A stretch of DNA of 64,000 nucleotides from Patescibacteria group bacterium. Lineage in GTDB: Bacteria; Patescibacteriota; Patescibacteriia; UBA9934. The stretch lies in NCBI GenBank assembly GCA_041661425.1, contig JBAZUI010000001.1:8507-72506 (forward strand). Reading direction: 5' to 3'. Shown here piece after piece: positions 1-7,922 of the stretch (position 1 is its first letter; every line of letters begins with the position of its first letter). The translations under genes and the position numbers were made by a program. The notes under the pieces were generated by a model. That model saw nothing but the letters and a program-made list of their open reading frames with translations. It made no database searches and had not been told where the DNA came from.

Positions 1-23
1 TAAAATAGAGGAAAAATAAGCCC

Positions 24-64
24 TTGACGAAGAAAAACTAGCAGTCTATACTTGTGACTGCTAG
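24..64 (+). promoter_or_regulatory. putative sigma70 promoter (TTGACG-17-TATACT) overlapped by a CIRCE-like inverted repeat CTAGCAGTC-N9-GACTGCTAG (38-64) upstream of hrcA
   Basis: Perfect 9-N9-9 inverted repeat read directly. It resembles the CIRCE consensus TTAGCACTC-N9-GAGTGCTAA bound by HrcA and lies just 5' of the hrcA start. Confidence 0.55.
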
Positions 65-68
65 TTTT

Positions 69-785
69 ATGAATGATCGCCAAGCCACTATTCTTTGCGC
101 CATCATCGATGCTTACGTGAAAACCGCAGAGCCTGTCTCTTCGAATTTTTTGATCGATCATTATGATCTTCCGGTTTCTTCCGCCACGGTGCGAAATGAA
201 ATGATGGCCCTCGAAGATGCCGGATACGTACGCCAACCGCATACCTCGGCCGGACGCGTGCCAACCGAAGAAGGGTATCGATTCTATCTTCAGCATCGTA
301 AGCAGGGAAAGGTTATTGGAAAAGAGGCGTCGTTTGAACAAACATTTGAACATCATGCGAAAAATGAAAAAGATTTGATGCGTGAAATTGCAAAAGTCCT
401 CGTGGAACTTTCCGGTGAAACCGCTGTCACCGCGCTCGAGAGTGATTGGCACCACACAGCCGGCTTGCAAAAGCTCTTCGACAAACCGGATTTCGCGGAC
501 GTGGAAAACATGCGTTCACTCTCGGAAGTCGTGGATCGCATGGATGAAGTGATGGCCGATGTGTTCTCCGATGTTTCGGAAGAGATGAACGTCTGGATCG
601 GCCGTGAGAATCCCTTTGGAAATCAGATGGCCACGATCATGGTTCGCTATCGTTTGCCCAATGGGATGCTTGGAATGATGGGATTAGTTGGGCCGCTTCG
701 TATGGATTATGAACGGAATATGAATTTGCTTGAAGAAGCAAGAAAAATAATTGAAGACGATTATGGAAAAACAAAAAAAGAATAA
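69..785 (+). CDS. hrcA: heat-inducible transcription repressor HrcA
   Basis: N-terminal winged-helix region (ILCAIIDAYVKTAEPVSS) typical of HrcA; lies at the head of the grpE-dnaK-dnaJ operon. ATG at 69 is preferred over the GTG at 54. Confidence 0.8.
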   Translation: MNDRQATILCAIIDAYVKTAEPVSSNFLIDHYDLPVSSATVRNEMMALEDAGYVRQPHTSAGRVPTEEGYRFYLQHRKQGKVIGKEASFEQTFEHHAKNEKDLMREIAKVLVELSGETAVTALESDWHHTAGLQKLFDKPDFADVENMRSLSEVVDRMDEVMADVFSDVSEEMNVWIGRENPFGNQMATIMVRYRLPNGMLGMMGLVGPLRMDYERNMNLLEEARKIIEDDYGKTKKE

Positions 786-1260
786 AAAGCCACCATTGCC
801 CGACCTTCAGGCACAATGCGATGAATATTTGGCCGGGTGGAAGCGCGCGCTCGCGGATTACGAGAATCTCAAAAAAGATCTCTCGGCACGTGAAGTCGAG
901 CGTCATCGCTATTTCGTCATTGACCTTATTCAAAGTTTTTTTCCTATTATCGATAATTTCGATGTCGCGGTTCGACACATTCCCAAGCTGGATGATCTCC
1001 CGGAAGAGAAAAAAAAGATGATTGAGAATTGGCTTCAAGGGGTCGTCTACATCCAAAAACAATTTGTCGATAGTCTTGCCTCGCTCGGGATTGAACGGAT
1101 GAAAACAATGGGTGAGATTTTTGACCCGACTCATCACGACGCCGCAGGAACAAAAACCGATCCATCAAAAAAACCACAAGAAATTTTGGAGGAAGTGTAC
1201 AGCGGATGGATGCTGGGAGATCAGGTCATCCGTCCGGCAAAAGTCATTATTAACGAATAA
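763..1260 (+). CDS. grpE: nucleotide exchange factor GrpE
   Basis: GrpE-like sequence ([17 protein letters not shown]...GEIFDP) located between hrcA and dnaK. The track ORF starts at a TTG at 751; ATG at 763 is preferred. Confidence 0.85.
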   Translation: MEKQKKNKKPPLPDLQAQCDEYLAGWKRALADYENLKKDLSAREVERHRYFVIDLIQSFFPIIDNFDVAVRHIPKLDDLPEEKKKMIENWLQGVVYIQKQFVDSLASLGIERMKTMGEIFDPTHHDAAGTKTDPSKKPQEILEEVYSGWMLGDQVIRPAKVIINE

Positions 1261-1262
1261 AT

Positions 1263-3158
1263 ATGTCAAAAATACTTGGAATCGATTTAGGAACAACCAA
1301 TTCCGCCATGGCCGTGATTGAAGGCGGTCAACCACGCATTATCGAAAATAAAGAGGGCATGCGCACCACCCCATCCATTATCGCGATCGCCAAAAACGGC
1401 GAGCGATTGGTGGGCATGCCGGCAAAACGCCAGTCCATCACCAATCCGGTTGATACGCTCTATTCCATCAAGCGTTTAATTGGTCGTCGTTTTAGTGATC
1501 CGGAAGTCACGCGCGATCGTGAACAAATGCCATTCAAGATCGTCCAGCGCGGTGAAGGAATCGGGATCTTGATGGGCGGAAAGGGATATACGCCACAAGA
1601 AATCGGCGCCATGGTTCTTGGAAAAATGAAAGCCGATGCCGAAGAGCGCTTGGGCGAACCCGTGACCGAAGCGGTGATTACGGTTCCTGCCTATTTTGAT
1701 GATGCGCAACGCCAGGCCACAAAGGATGCCGGAGAAATTGCCGGTCTTAAAGTGAGTCGCATCATCAATGAGCCAACCGCGGCGGCTTTGGCTTACGGGT
1801 TTGATAAGAAAACCGGTCAACAAATTCTTGTGTACGATTTGGGTGGCGGAACTTTTGACGTCTCCGTTCTTGATGTGTCGGATAATACCGTGGAGGTTCT
1901 CTCAACAAACGGGGATACGCATCTTGGTGGTGATGATTTTGATAAAGTGATCATTGATTGGATTCTTGGCGAATTCAAAAAATTGGAAGGCGTTGATTTG
2001 CACGGCGATGCGCTCGCCATGCAACGCATTAAAGATGCGGCTGAGCGCGCGAAAATCGAACTCTCCACCGCGCAGGAAACTGAAATTAATCAACCGTTCA
2101 TTACCTCGGGCGCAGAAGGGCCAAAGCACTTGGTGATGAAAATCACTCGATCAAAGCTTGAGGAATTGGTGATGCCCCTTATTGAGAAGACGATGGGTCC
2201 GGTTGCGAAAGCACTCGAGGATGCCAAAATGAGCAAGGGCGACATCGAAGAAATTGTGATGGTCGGCGGAATGACTCGCATGCCACTGGTCCAAAAGAAA
2301 GTTGAAGATTTTTTTGGCAAGAAACCGAATGTTTCGGTGAATCCCGATGAAGTGGTTGCGGTTGGCGCGGCCATCCAAGGTGGAGTCCTCAAGGGCGATG
2401 TCAAAGATGTTTTGCTTCTTGATGTCACGCCTCTTTCGCTTGGAATCGAAACACTCGGTGGAGTGATGACCAAGCTCATTGAACGAAATACCACAGTGCC
2501 AACATCCAAGAGTCAGGTCTTTTCGACAGCATCAGATAGCCAGCCATCGGTTGAAATCAAGGTCTATCAAGGTGAACGTCCTCTGGTGAATGACAATAAA
2601 TTGCTTGGCGCTTTCTCGCTTATGGGAATCCCACCAGCGCCACGTGGTATCCCTCAAATTGAGGTTTCCTTCGACATCGACGCGAATGGAATTCTTAATG
2701 TAAAAGCAAAGGATAAAGGAACAAATAAAGAGCAACAGATTACCATTACCGCAAGCTCTGGCTTATCAAAAGATGATATTGAGCGCATGAAACATGATGC
2801 AGAATCACATGCCGATGAGGACAAAAAGAAACAGGAAATGATTGAGGCGCGCAATATGGCGGATACGCTTATCTACACCACAGAGAAGATGCTTGTGGAT
2901 TATAAGAGTAAAATGAATGAAGCGGATGTTAAAGAAATTACGGAAAAAGTGGAGGCGCTCAAAAAGGTGAAAGATGGGGAAGATTTAGCCGTCATCAAAA
3001 CAGCTTCCGAGGAACTTTCCAAAGTCGCACAAAAGATCGGGACAGCCATGTATCAACAGCAAGCCCCAGCTGGAGCTCCAGCGGGTGAGAAGCCGGCTGA
3101 ACCGGGGACAAAAGATGCGGACTTTGAGGAAGTCAAAAAAGATGACGAGAAAAAATAA
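1263..3158 (+). CDS. dnaK: molecular chaperone DnaK (Hsp70)
   Basis: Canonical Hsp70 motifs: [37 protein letters not shown]. Confidence 0.97.
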   Translation: MSKILGIDLGTTNSAMAVIEGGQPRIIENKEGMRTTPSIIAIAKNGERLVGMPAKRQSITNPVDTLYSIKRLIGRRFSDPEVTRDREQMPFKIVQRGEGIGILMGGKGYTPQEIGAMVLGKMKADAEERLGEPVTEAVITVPAYFDDAQRQATKDAGEIAGLKVSRIINEPTAAALAYGFDKKTGQQILVYDLGGGTFDVSVLDVSDNTVEVLSTNGDTHLGGDDFDKVIIDWILGEFKKLEGVDLHGDALAMQRIKDAAERAKIELSTAQETEINQPFITSGAEGPKHLVMKITRSKLEELVMPLIEKTMGPVAKALEDAKMSKGDIEEIVMVGGMTRMPLVQKKVEDFFGKKPNVSVNPDEVVAVGAAIQGGVLKGDVKDVLLLDVTPLSLGIETLGGVMTKLIERNTTVPTSKSQVFSTASDSQPSVEIKVYQGERPLVNDNKLLGAFSLMGIPPAPRGIPQIEVSFDIDANGILNVKAKDKGTNKEQQITITASSGLSKDDIERMKHDAESHADEDKKKQEMIEARNMADTLIYTTEKMLVDYKSKMNEADVKEITEKVEALKKVKDGEDLAVIKTASEELSKVAQKIGTAMYQQQAPAGAPAGEKPAEPGTKDADFEEVKKDDEKK

Positions 3159-3159
3159 T

Positions 3160-3330
3160 ATGAAACTCCGAAACGTTCTCAAGCTCTTTTTGCGAGGTGG
3201 ATTGGGTTTTGTCTCAACCATCCTCACCATTCTTTCAATTCCGCAGGTTCGCGATTTCCTCTGGAATAAAGTGCTCAATAAGAGCAAAGAAAAAATCGTC
3301 GATGCCAAGGCAAAGGTGGTGAAAGAATAA
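3160..3330 (+). CDS. hypothetical small membrane protein (56 aa)
   Basis: ATG immediately after the dnaK stop, followed by one predicted TM helix. Only an ORF call, no homology evidence. Confidence 0.35.
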   Translation: MKLRNVLKLFLRGGLGFVSTILTILSIPQVRDFLWNKVLNKSKEKIVDAKAKVVKE

Positions 3331-3349
3331 TGGATGGGGAGCTCTTCGC

Positions 3350-3381
3350 CCCCTCCTTAAATAAGGAGGGGTGAGGGGTGG
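3350..3381. repeat. palindromic repeat, copy 1: CCCCTCCTTAAATAAGGAGGGG + TGAGGGGTGG
   Basis: 22-nt perfect palindrome with a G-rich tail. A near-identical copy occurs at 10478-10508. Confidence 0.7.
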
Positions 3382-3391
3382 TCTTGAATTC

Positions 3392-3763
3392 ATGAATATG
3401 AATTATCGATTGTTCAATCTGAGAGATCAGAAGAAATTTCGTTCTAAGCTTAGAAATGATTCAACGGACGCCGAACAGAAGTTGTGGAGTTTTCTCCGTC
3501 ATTCTCAAATCGATAAGTTAAAATTCCGTCGACAACAAGGAATTGGACCGTACATTGTGGATTTCTATTGTCCAAAGATCAAACTCGTCGTCGAGATTGA
3601 TGGCGATTCGCATTTTGATGATCAGGGCATCGCCTACGATAAACAACGAACAGTATTTCTGCAACAGTTTGGTATTCGGGTAGTCAGATTTACGAATGTT
3701 GATATTCAAGAAACCATTGAAGGTGTGATCGAAGAAATAAGAAAAAAAATAACGTTTCGCTAG
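3392..3763 (+). CDS. DUF559 (Vsr-like endonuclease domain) protein
   Basis: Motifs KLWSFLR...FRRQQGIGPYIVDFYCP...VEIDGDSH are characteristic of the DUF559 / restriction-endonuclease-like fold. The gene is inserted between dnaK and dnaJ. Confidence 0.75.
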   Translation: MNMNYRLFNLRDQKKFRSKLRNDSTDAEQKLWSFLRHSQIDKLKFRRQQGIGPYIVDFYCPKIKLVVEIDGDSHFDDQGIAYDKQRTVFLQQFGIRVVRFTNVDIQETIEGVIEEIRKKITFR

Positions 3764-3806
3764 AACCCCCTCAAACTCCCCCTTTGAAAGGGGGAGGCTA
3801 AAAAAT

Positions 3807-4847
3807 ATGGGCAAAGATTATTATAAAATTCTCGGAATCGAAAAAGGCGCTTCCAAAGAAGAAGTGAAGCGCGCTTTTCGAGCTCTCGCCCATACGCATC
3901 ACCCCGATAAAGGAGGGGACGAAGCAAAATTCAAGGAAATCAACGAGGCCTATCAAGTGCTGGGTGATGAGGAGAAGCGCAAGCAATACGATCAATTTGG
4001 CACCACATACGATCAGCCGGGCGGTGGCGGTTTCGGGAATTTCAATGATTTCTATTCGAACATGAATTTTGAGGATCTTGGGGATATTTTCGGGAGCATG
4101 TTTGGCGGAGGGCGAAGTGCACGTGCGCGTGGCGATGATATTGCGGTTGACGTCCGACTCACTTTCAAGGAATCGATTTTTGGCGTTGAAAAAGAATTAA
4201 CGCTCACCAAAAATCAATCCTGTGATCGTTGTGGTGGCACCGGAGGAGAGCCGGGAACAAAAATGAATACCTGTGATACCTGCAAAGGGAGCGGAATGCA
4301 AATCACGGCGCAACGCACGATGTTTGGGACGATTCAATCGCGCACAACCTGTCGAACCTGTGGGGGGAGCGGTGAGATTCCAAAAGAAAAATGTTCCACC
4401 TGTAAGGGCACAGGTCTTGAGTATAAACGAACGACCTTGCGCGTTGAGATTCCACCGGGCGTTGAAGATGGCAATCGGATGCGTGTGCGCGGGCAAGGCG
4501 AAAGTCTTGGGGCCTCCGGAGCGCCTGGCGATCTTTATGTTTCATTGCATGTTGAAACTGATCCGCGATTTGAGCGCCAAGGAGAGCACCTGTTTTCTAT
4601 AAAACGTATTGGATTTTCGCAAGCCGCGCTTGGTGATGAAGTGGTGGTTGAAACCGTGGATGGGAGTGTGAAGGTGAAGATTCCGGCTGGTACGCAGCAT
4701 GGCGATAAACTCCGCTTGCGTCAAAAAGGAGTGCCAACGGGTCGGGGTCGCGGAGATCATTTGGTGATTGTGCATGTGATGACGCCAAAGAAATTAAGTC
4801 GAAGTGAACGAAAAATATTAGAAGAACTGAATTTGCGGGAAGAGTAG
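3807..4847 (+). CDS. dnaJ: molecular chaperone DnaJ
   Basis: J-domain with HPD (YYKILGIEKGAS...HPDK), a G/F-rich region and four CxxCxGxG zinc-finger repeats. Confidence 0.95.
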   Translation: MGKDYYKILGIEKGASKEEVKRAFRALAHTHHPDKGGDEAKFKEINEAYQVLGDEEKRKQYDQFGTTYDQPGGGGFGNFNDFYSNMNFEDLGDIFGSMFGGGRSARARGDDIAVDVRLTFKESIFGVEKELTLTKNQSCDRCGGTGGEPGTKMNTCDTCKGSGMQITAQRTMFGTIQSRTTCRTCGGSGEIPKEKCSTCKGTGLEYKRTTLRVEIPPGVEDGNRMRVRGQGESLGASGAPGDLYVSLHVETDPRFERQGEHLFSIKRIGFSQAALGDEVVVETVDGSVKVKIPAGTQHGDKLRLRQKGVPTGRGRGDHLVIVHVMTPKKLSRSERKILEELNLREE

Positions 4848-4853
4848 ATAGGC

Positions 4854-5387
4854 ATGGGAAATAGGCTTTGGTATAATAGACTCATGTCTTTTTCGTTTGA
4901 GAATCTTCTGAGTGCTTTCCCGTTCGATTCGTTCGACTTGTGGATGGCGGCTGGCGTTCTTGGGCTCGTTTTTATTTTTTTATTTACGATTGGACGGGAT
5001 TTTTCCGTGACCCTCATGCTTTCCGTTTATTTTTCACTGGTCAGCATGACCATGATTCCATTTTTGCGCGATCTTGATATTGATATCAGCTTTGAGGATT
5101 ATTGGGTGAAGTTGGTCATTTTTGGAGTTTTGATCGCGGTCTTTTTTTGGCTTCAAGTTCGCAATGAGTTTTTTGAGCCCTATACGGTTCCCACCGGCGG
5201 AGAGGTGATTGTTTTTGTTTTGGTCATTTCCGGCATGATTCTCTATGCCGCGGGAACCATGATCCCAGAACTTCTGCTTTTGGACATCTCTCCACTTATG
5301 CGAATGCTTTTTCTCGATGAACCGGCGGCGAATGTGTGGTTTACTTTGCCGATTCTTACCATGCTTTTTTTGCGCGGAAGGACTTAG
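4854..5387 (+). CDS. hypothetical polytopic membrane protein
   Basis: Several hydrophobic segments. An internal TGgTATAAT at 4869-4877 suggests the true start may be the ATG at 4884. Confidence 0.45.
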   Translation: MGNRLWYNRLMSFSFENLLSAFPFDSFDLWMAAGVLGLVFIFLFTIGRDFSVTLMLSVYFSLVSMTMIPFLRDLDIDISFEDYWVKLVIFGVLIAVFFWLQVRNEFFEPYTVPTGGEVIVFVLVISGMILYAAGTMIPELLLLDISPLMRMLFLDEPAANVWFTLPILTMLFLRGRT

Positions 5388-5415
5388 TTCGTAGGGCTTG
5401 GTCTGCGTATGGGCT

Positions 5416-5439
5416 TGGCATACCAAGCCCATGCGATGA
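5416..5439. terminator. perfect hairpin ATGGGCTTGGCATACCAAGCCCAT
   Basis: 10-bp stem read directly. Lies downstream of 4854..5387 with a partial direct repeat (gggcttgg) just upstream. Confidence 0.4.
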
Positions 5440-5459
5440 GAGCATGCGATGCCAAAAAG

Positions 5460-5473
5460 TGTCCGATCGGACC
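5460..5473. promoter_or_regulatory. operator-like palindrome TGTCCGATCGGACC upstream of the cassette-B promoter
   Basis: Near-perfect 14-nt palindrome sharing the core GTCCGATCGGAC with the palindromes at 13029-13042 and 13140-13153. Confidence 0.5.
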
Positions 5474-5488
5474 TTTCTTGTCATCAAA

Positions 5489-5517
5489 TTGACATTCTAG
5501 GCCTTCCAGCTTACAGT
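5489..5517 (+). promoter_or_regulatory. sigma70-like promoter TTGACA-17-TACAGT
   Basis: Canonical -35 with a 17-nt spacer and a TAnnnT -10, followed by AGGAGG 9 nt before the ATG at 5542. Confidence 0.5.
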
Positions 5518-5541
5518 TTTAGTGTCTCAAAGGAGGAAGCC

Positions 5542-5934
5542 ATGGCACTCAGTGACATTTCCACGGTTTTTGTCATGAGTCCCCGTCGGTTCTACCGATG
5601 GTCGCTGCTTAGCTCCGTCGTCGTCTACGCACTCGGCGCCATTGCAGGAGCGGGAGGATTCGCTTTCGCAATTGGAGTTCACGTCCTGGTCGGTTTGTGC
5701 GGGGCAGGCGCTGAACACGACCTTGACATGAAGTACGTTATGGAGTTTGACTGGAAGGTCATGACCGGAATCCAGCGATTCAAGTACTTTTTTCTTCTCC
5801 TTGCCAAGAACATTACTCAGGGGGTCTTCGCCCCGTTCGTTTTGTCGTGGTACATCTACGAACAGTGGCGAGTCCTTCGGGACAGCCTTCGGAAACGTTC
5901 GCATCTCGTCGTCACCCGGATCGACATCAAATAG
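5542..5934 (+). CDS. GC-rich hypothetical small membrane protein (130 aa)
   Basis: Third codon positions are overwhelmingly G/C, unlike the flanking genes. Strong SD, two or three predicted TM segments, no recognisable family. Start chosen at MALSD because of the RBS. Confidence 0.55.
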   Translation: MALSDISTVFVMSPRRFYRWSLLSSVVVYALGAIAGAGGFAFAIGVHVLVGLCGAGAEHDLDMKYVMEFDWKVMTGIQRFKYFFLLLAKNITQGVFAPFVLSWYIYEQWRVLRDSLRKRSHLVVTRIDIK

Positions 5935-5946
5935 TCCGGGTTTTTG
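5914..5946 (+). terminator. rho-independent terminator (ACCCGGA...TCCGGGT + TTTTT)
   Basis: 7-bp stem spanning the stop codon, followed by a T-run. Confidence 0.5.
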
Positions 5947-5996
5947 GTTTCTATCGCGTTTTTTATGCGTTGACGGTATACTATTTCACGAAATCT

Positions 5997-7376
5997 ATGG
6001 ATATCAAACTCTACAATACGCTTCATCGAACAAAAGAGATTTTTCACCCTATCCATGAGGGGAAGGTTGGAATTTATTGTTGCGGGCCAACTGTTTATCA
6101 GCGTGCTTCCATTGGAAATTTCCGCTCCTATGTTTTTGCGGATCTTCTTCGCAGAACATTAATTGCCAATGGATATGAGGTGAAACACATTGTGAATATC
6201 ACCGATGTGGGGCACCTGACGGATGATGCTTCTGCCGGGGAGGACAAGATGGAAAAAGCCGCCACGAATGCAGAAAAATCCGCATGGGATATTGCCGCGG
6301 AGTATACGGCTCTTTTTGAAGCGGATGCCGCGCATCTCAATATTCTTCCGCCAACCAAGATGCCAAAAGCAACGGATCACATTGGTGAACAAATAAAATT
6401 TATTGAGGATATCGAAAAAGCCGGATACGCGTATCAAATTTCAGATGGTCTGTATTTTGATACGGGCAAGCTTGAAAATTACGGCGAACTTTCACCACAG
6501 AAGTCAGAGGAGAAGGAAGAAGGCGCGCGGGTTGCAGTGAATGAGGAAAAAAGAAATCCAACGGATTTTGCTTTGTGGAAATTTTCACGCCAAGGAGAGC
6601 ATCGTCAAATGGAGTGGCCATCGCCGTGGGGAGTTGGGTTCCCTGGTTGGCATATTGAATGCTCGGCCATGAGTGAAAAATATCTTGATCTTCCGTTTGA
6701 TATTCACACGGGTGGAATCGATCATATTGCGGTTCATCACACGAATGAAATCGCACAAAGTCTGGCCGCACGCGGAGTGAACCCGGCAACATATTGGATG
6801 CACAATGCGTTTTTGCTCATCGATGGCGGGAAGATGTCCAAGTCGCTTGGGAATACCTATTCACTCGATGATTTGAAAGAGCGTGGAATTGAGCCGCTGG
6901 CGCTTCGTTATTTCTTTTTAGGGGCTCATTATCGCGTCCAAGAGAATTTCACTTGGGAAGCGATTGAAGCGGCACAGCACGCCCTTGATCATTTGCGTGA
7001 ACTAGCACAAAACCTCGATGTGCCAAGCAAGATTCACGAACCATCATTCGAAAAATTCACAACATTCATGAATGACGATCTCAATACTCCCGGAGCATTG
7101 GCCTTTGTTTGGGATTTTTTGCGTGAGGCTTCAATTCCCTCAGGTGAGAAAGCGGCGACCCTTTTAGAAATCGATAAATTTTTAGGACTCAATTTGGATC
7201 ACCCGGGTGCACAGCCACTTGCTATTCCAAGAGAGATTGAGGATTTGGTGCGAGCGCGTGAACGCGTGCGTGAGAAGCGGGATTTTGAAGCATCGGATCG
7301 TTTGCGAAATGAAATCGAAGAAAAAGGATACACCATCAAGGATTCAACAACAGGGCCAATCGTCGGACAAAAATAA
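5997..7376 (+). CDS. cysS: cysteine--tRNA ligase
   Basis: Motifs IYCCGPTVY, HIGN-like region, KMSKSLGN, and the CysRS anticodon-binding C-terminus. The ORF in the track is extended upstream across cassette B; MDIKLY is the plausible start. Confidence 0.93.
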   Translation: MDIKLYNTLHRTKEIFHPIHEGKVGIYCCGPTVYQRASIGNFRSYVFADLLRRTLIANGYEVKHIVNITDVGHLTDDASAGEDKMEKAATNAEKSAWDIAAEYTALFEADAAHLNILPPTKMPKATDHIGEQIKFIEDIEKAGYAYQISDGLYFDTGKLENYGELSPQKSEEKEEGARVAVNEEKRNPTDFALWKFSRQGEHRQMEWPSPWGVGFPGWHIECSAMSEKYLDLPFDIHTGGIDHIAVHHTNEIAQSLAARGVNPATYWMHNAFLLIDGGKMSKSLGNTYSLDDLKERGIEPLALRYFFLGAHYRVQENFTWEAIEAAQHALDHLRELAQNLDVPSKIHEPSFEKFTTFMNDDLNTPGALAFVWDFLREASIPSGEKAATLLEIDKFLGLNLDHPGAQPLAIPREIEDLVRARERVREKRDFEASDRLRNEIEEKGYTIKDSTTGPIVGQK

Positions 7377-7397
7377 GCATGATACAATGGGGGAGGT

Positions 7398-7913
7398 ATG
7401 ACAGAAACAAAAGATCTAAAAGATCAATCTCTTCTTCCGGAAGGGGGTGAAGAACTTTTTGAGGTTCGGGTGGAAACAGCGGAAACACTTACATCGAAAG
7501 AGGCAACAAGAGATGCGACAGCAGAAGTGCAGGAACCGATGGCCGAACAACCTGCCGAGGCTCCTCACGTTTCACCGGTCCCTGTGCCTCCCATGGCGGT
7601 TGAAAAAGATCGTCTCACCAAAGAAATCGAGGAAATTCTTTCCAATGATTTGACGGATATCTATCTCACGCTTTCCGAAGATCGCAAAGTGGCCTTTCGA
7701 GAAAAAGGAGAAGAAGTGGCTGTCGCGATTCACGACATGATGAAAACCGGAAAATTAAAAGTGCAAAAAGTCTTGGAGTTGATTTTAGAGTGGTTACGAC
7801 TCATTCCTGGGATCAATAAATTTTTCTTGGAGCAGGAAGCAAAAATAAAAACCGACACGATTGTTCACCGATGGGAAGAAGAATCAATGCGTGTTGACAA
7901 TGGTCTTGTTTAA
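7398..7913 (+). CDS. hypothetical protein (acidic N-terminus, 171 aa)
   Basis: ORF only, no recognisable motifs. Immediately precedes the TraD-like ATPase gene. Confidence 0.4.
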   Translation: MTETKDLKDQSLLPEGGEELFEVRVETAETLTSKEATRDATAEVQEPMAEQPAEAPHVSPVPVPPMAVEKDRLTKEIEEILSNDLTDIYLTLSEDRKVAFREKGEEVAVAIHDMMKTGKLKVQKVLELILEWLRLIPGINKFFLEQEAKIKTDTIVHRWEEESMRVDNGLV

Positions 7914-7922
7914 TTATTTGTT

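Noticed and set aside
1476-2509. Multiple 60-140 aa ORFs antisense to dnaK, and similar ones antisense to other long genes
   Set aside because: These are shadow ORFs within well-supported conserved genes.
5847-5996. 5' extension of cysS in the ORF track
   Set aside because: It overlaps cassette B and its terminator in another frame. Conserved CysRS sequence begins near MDIKLY.
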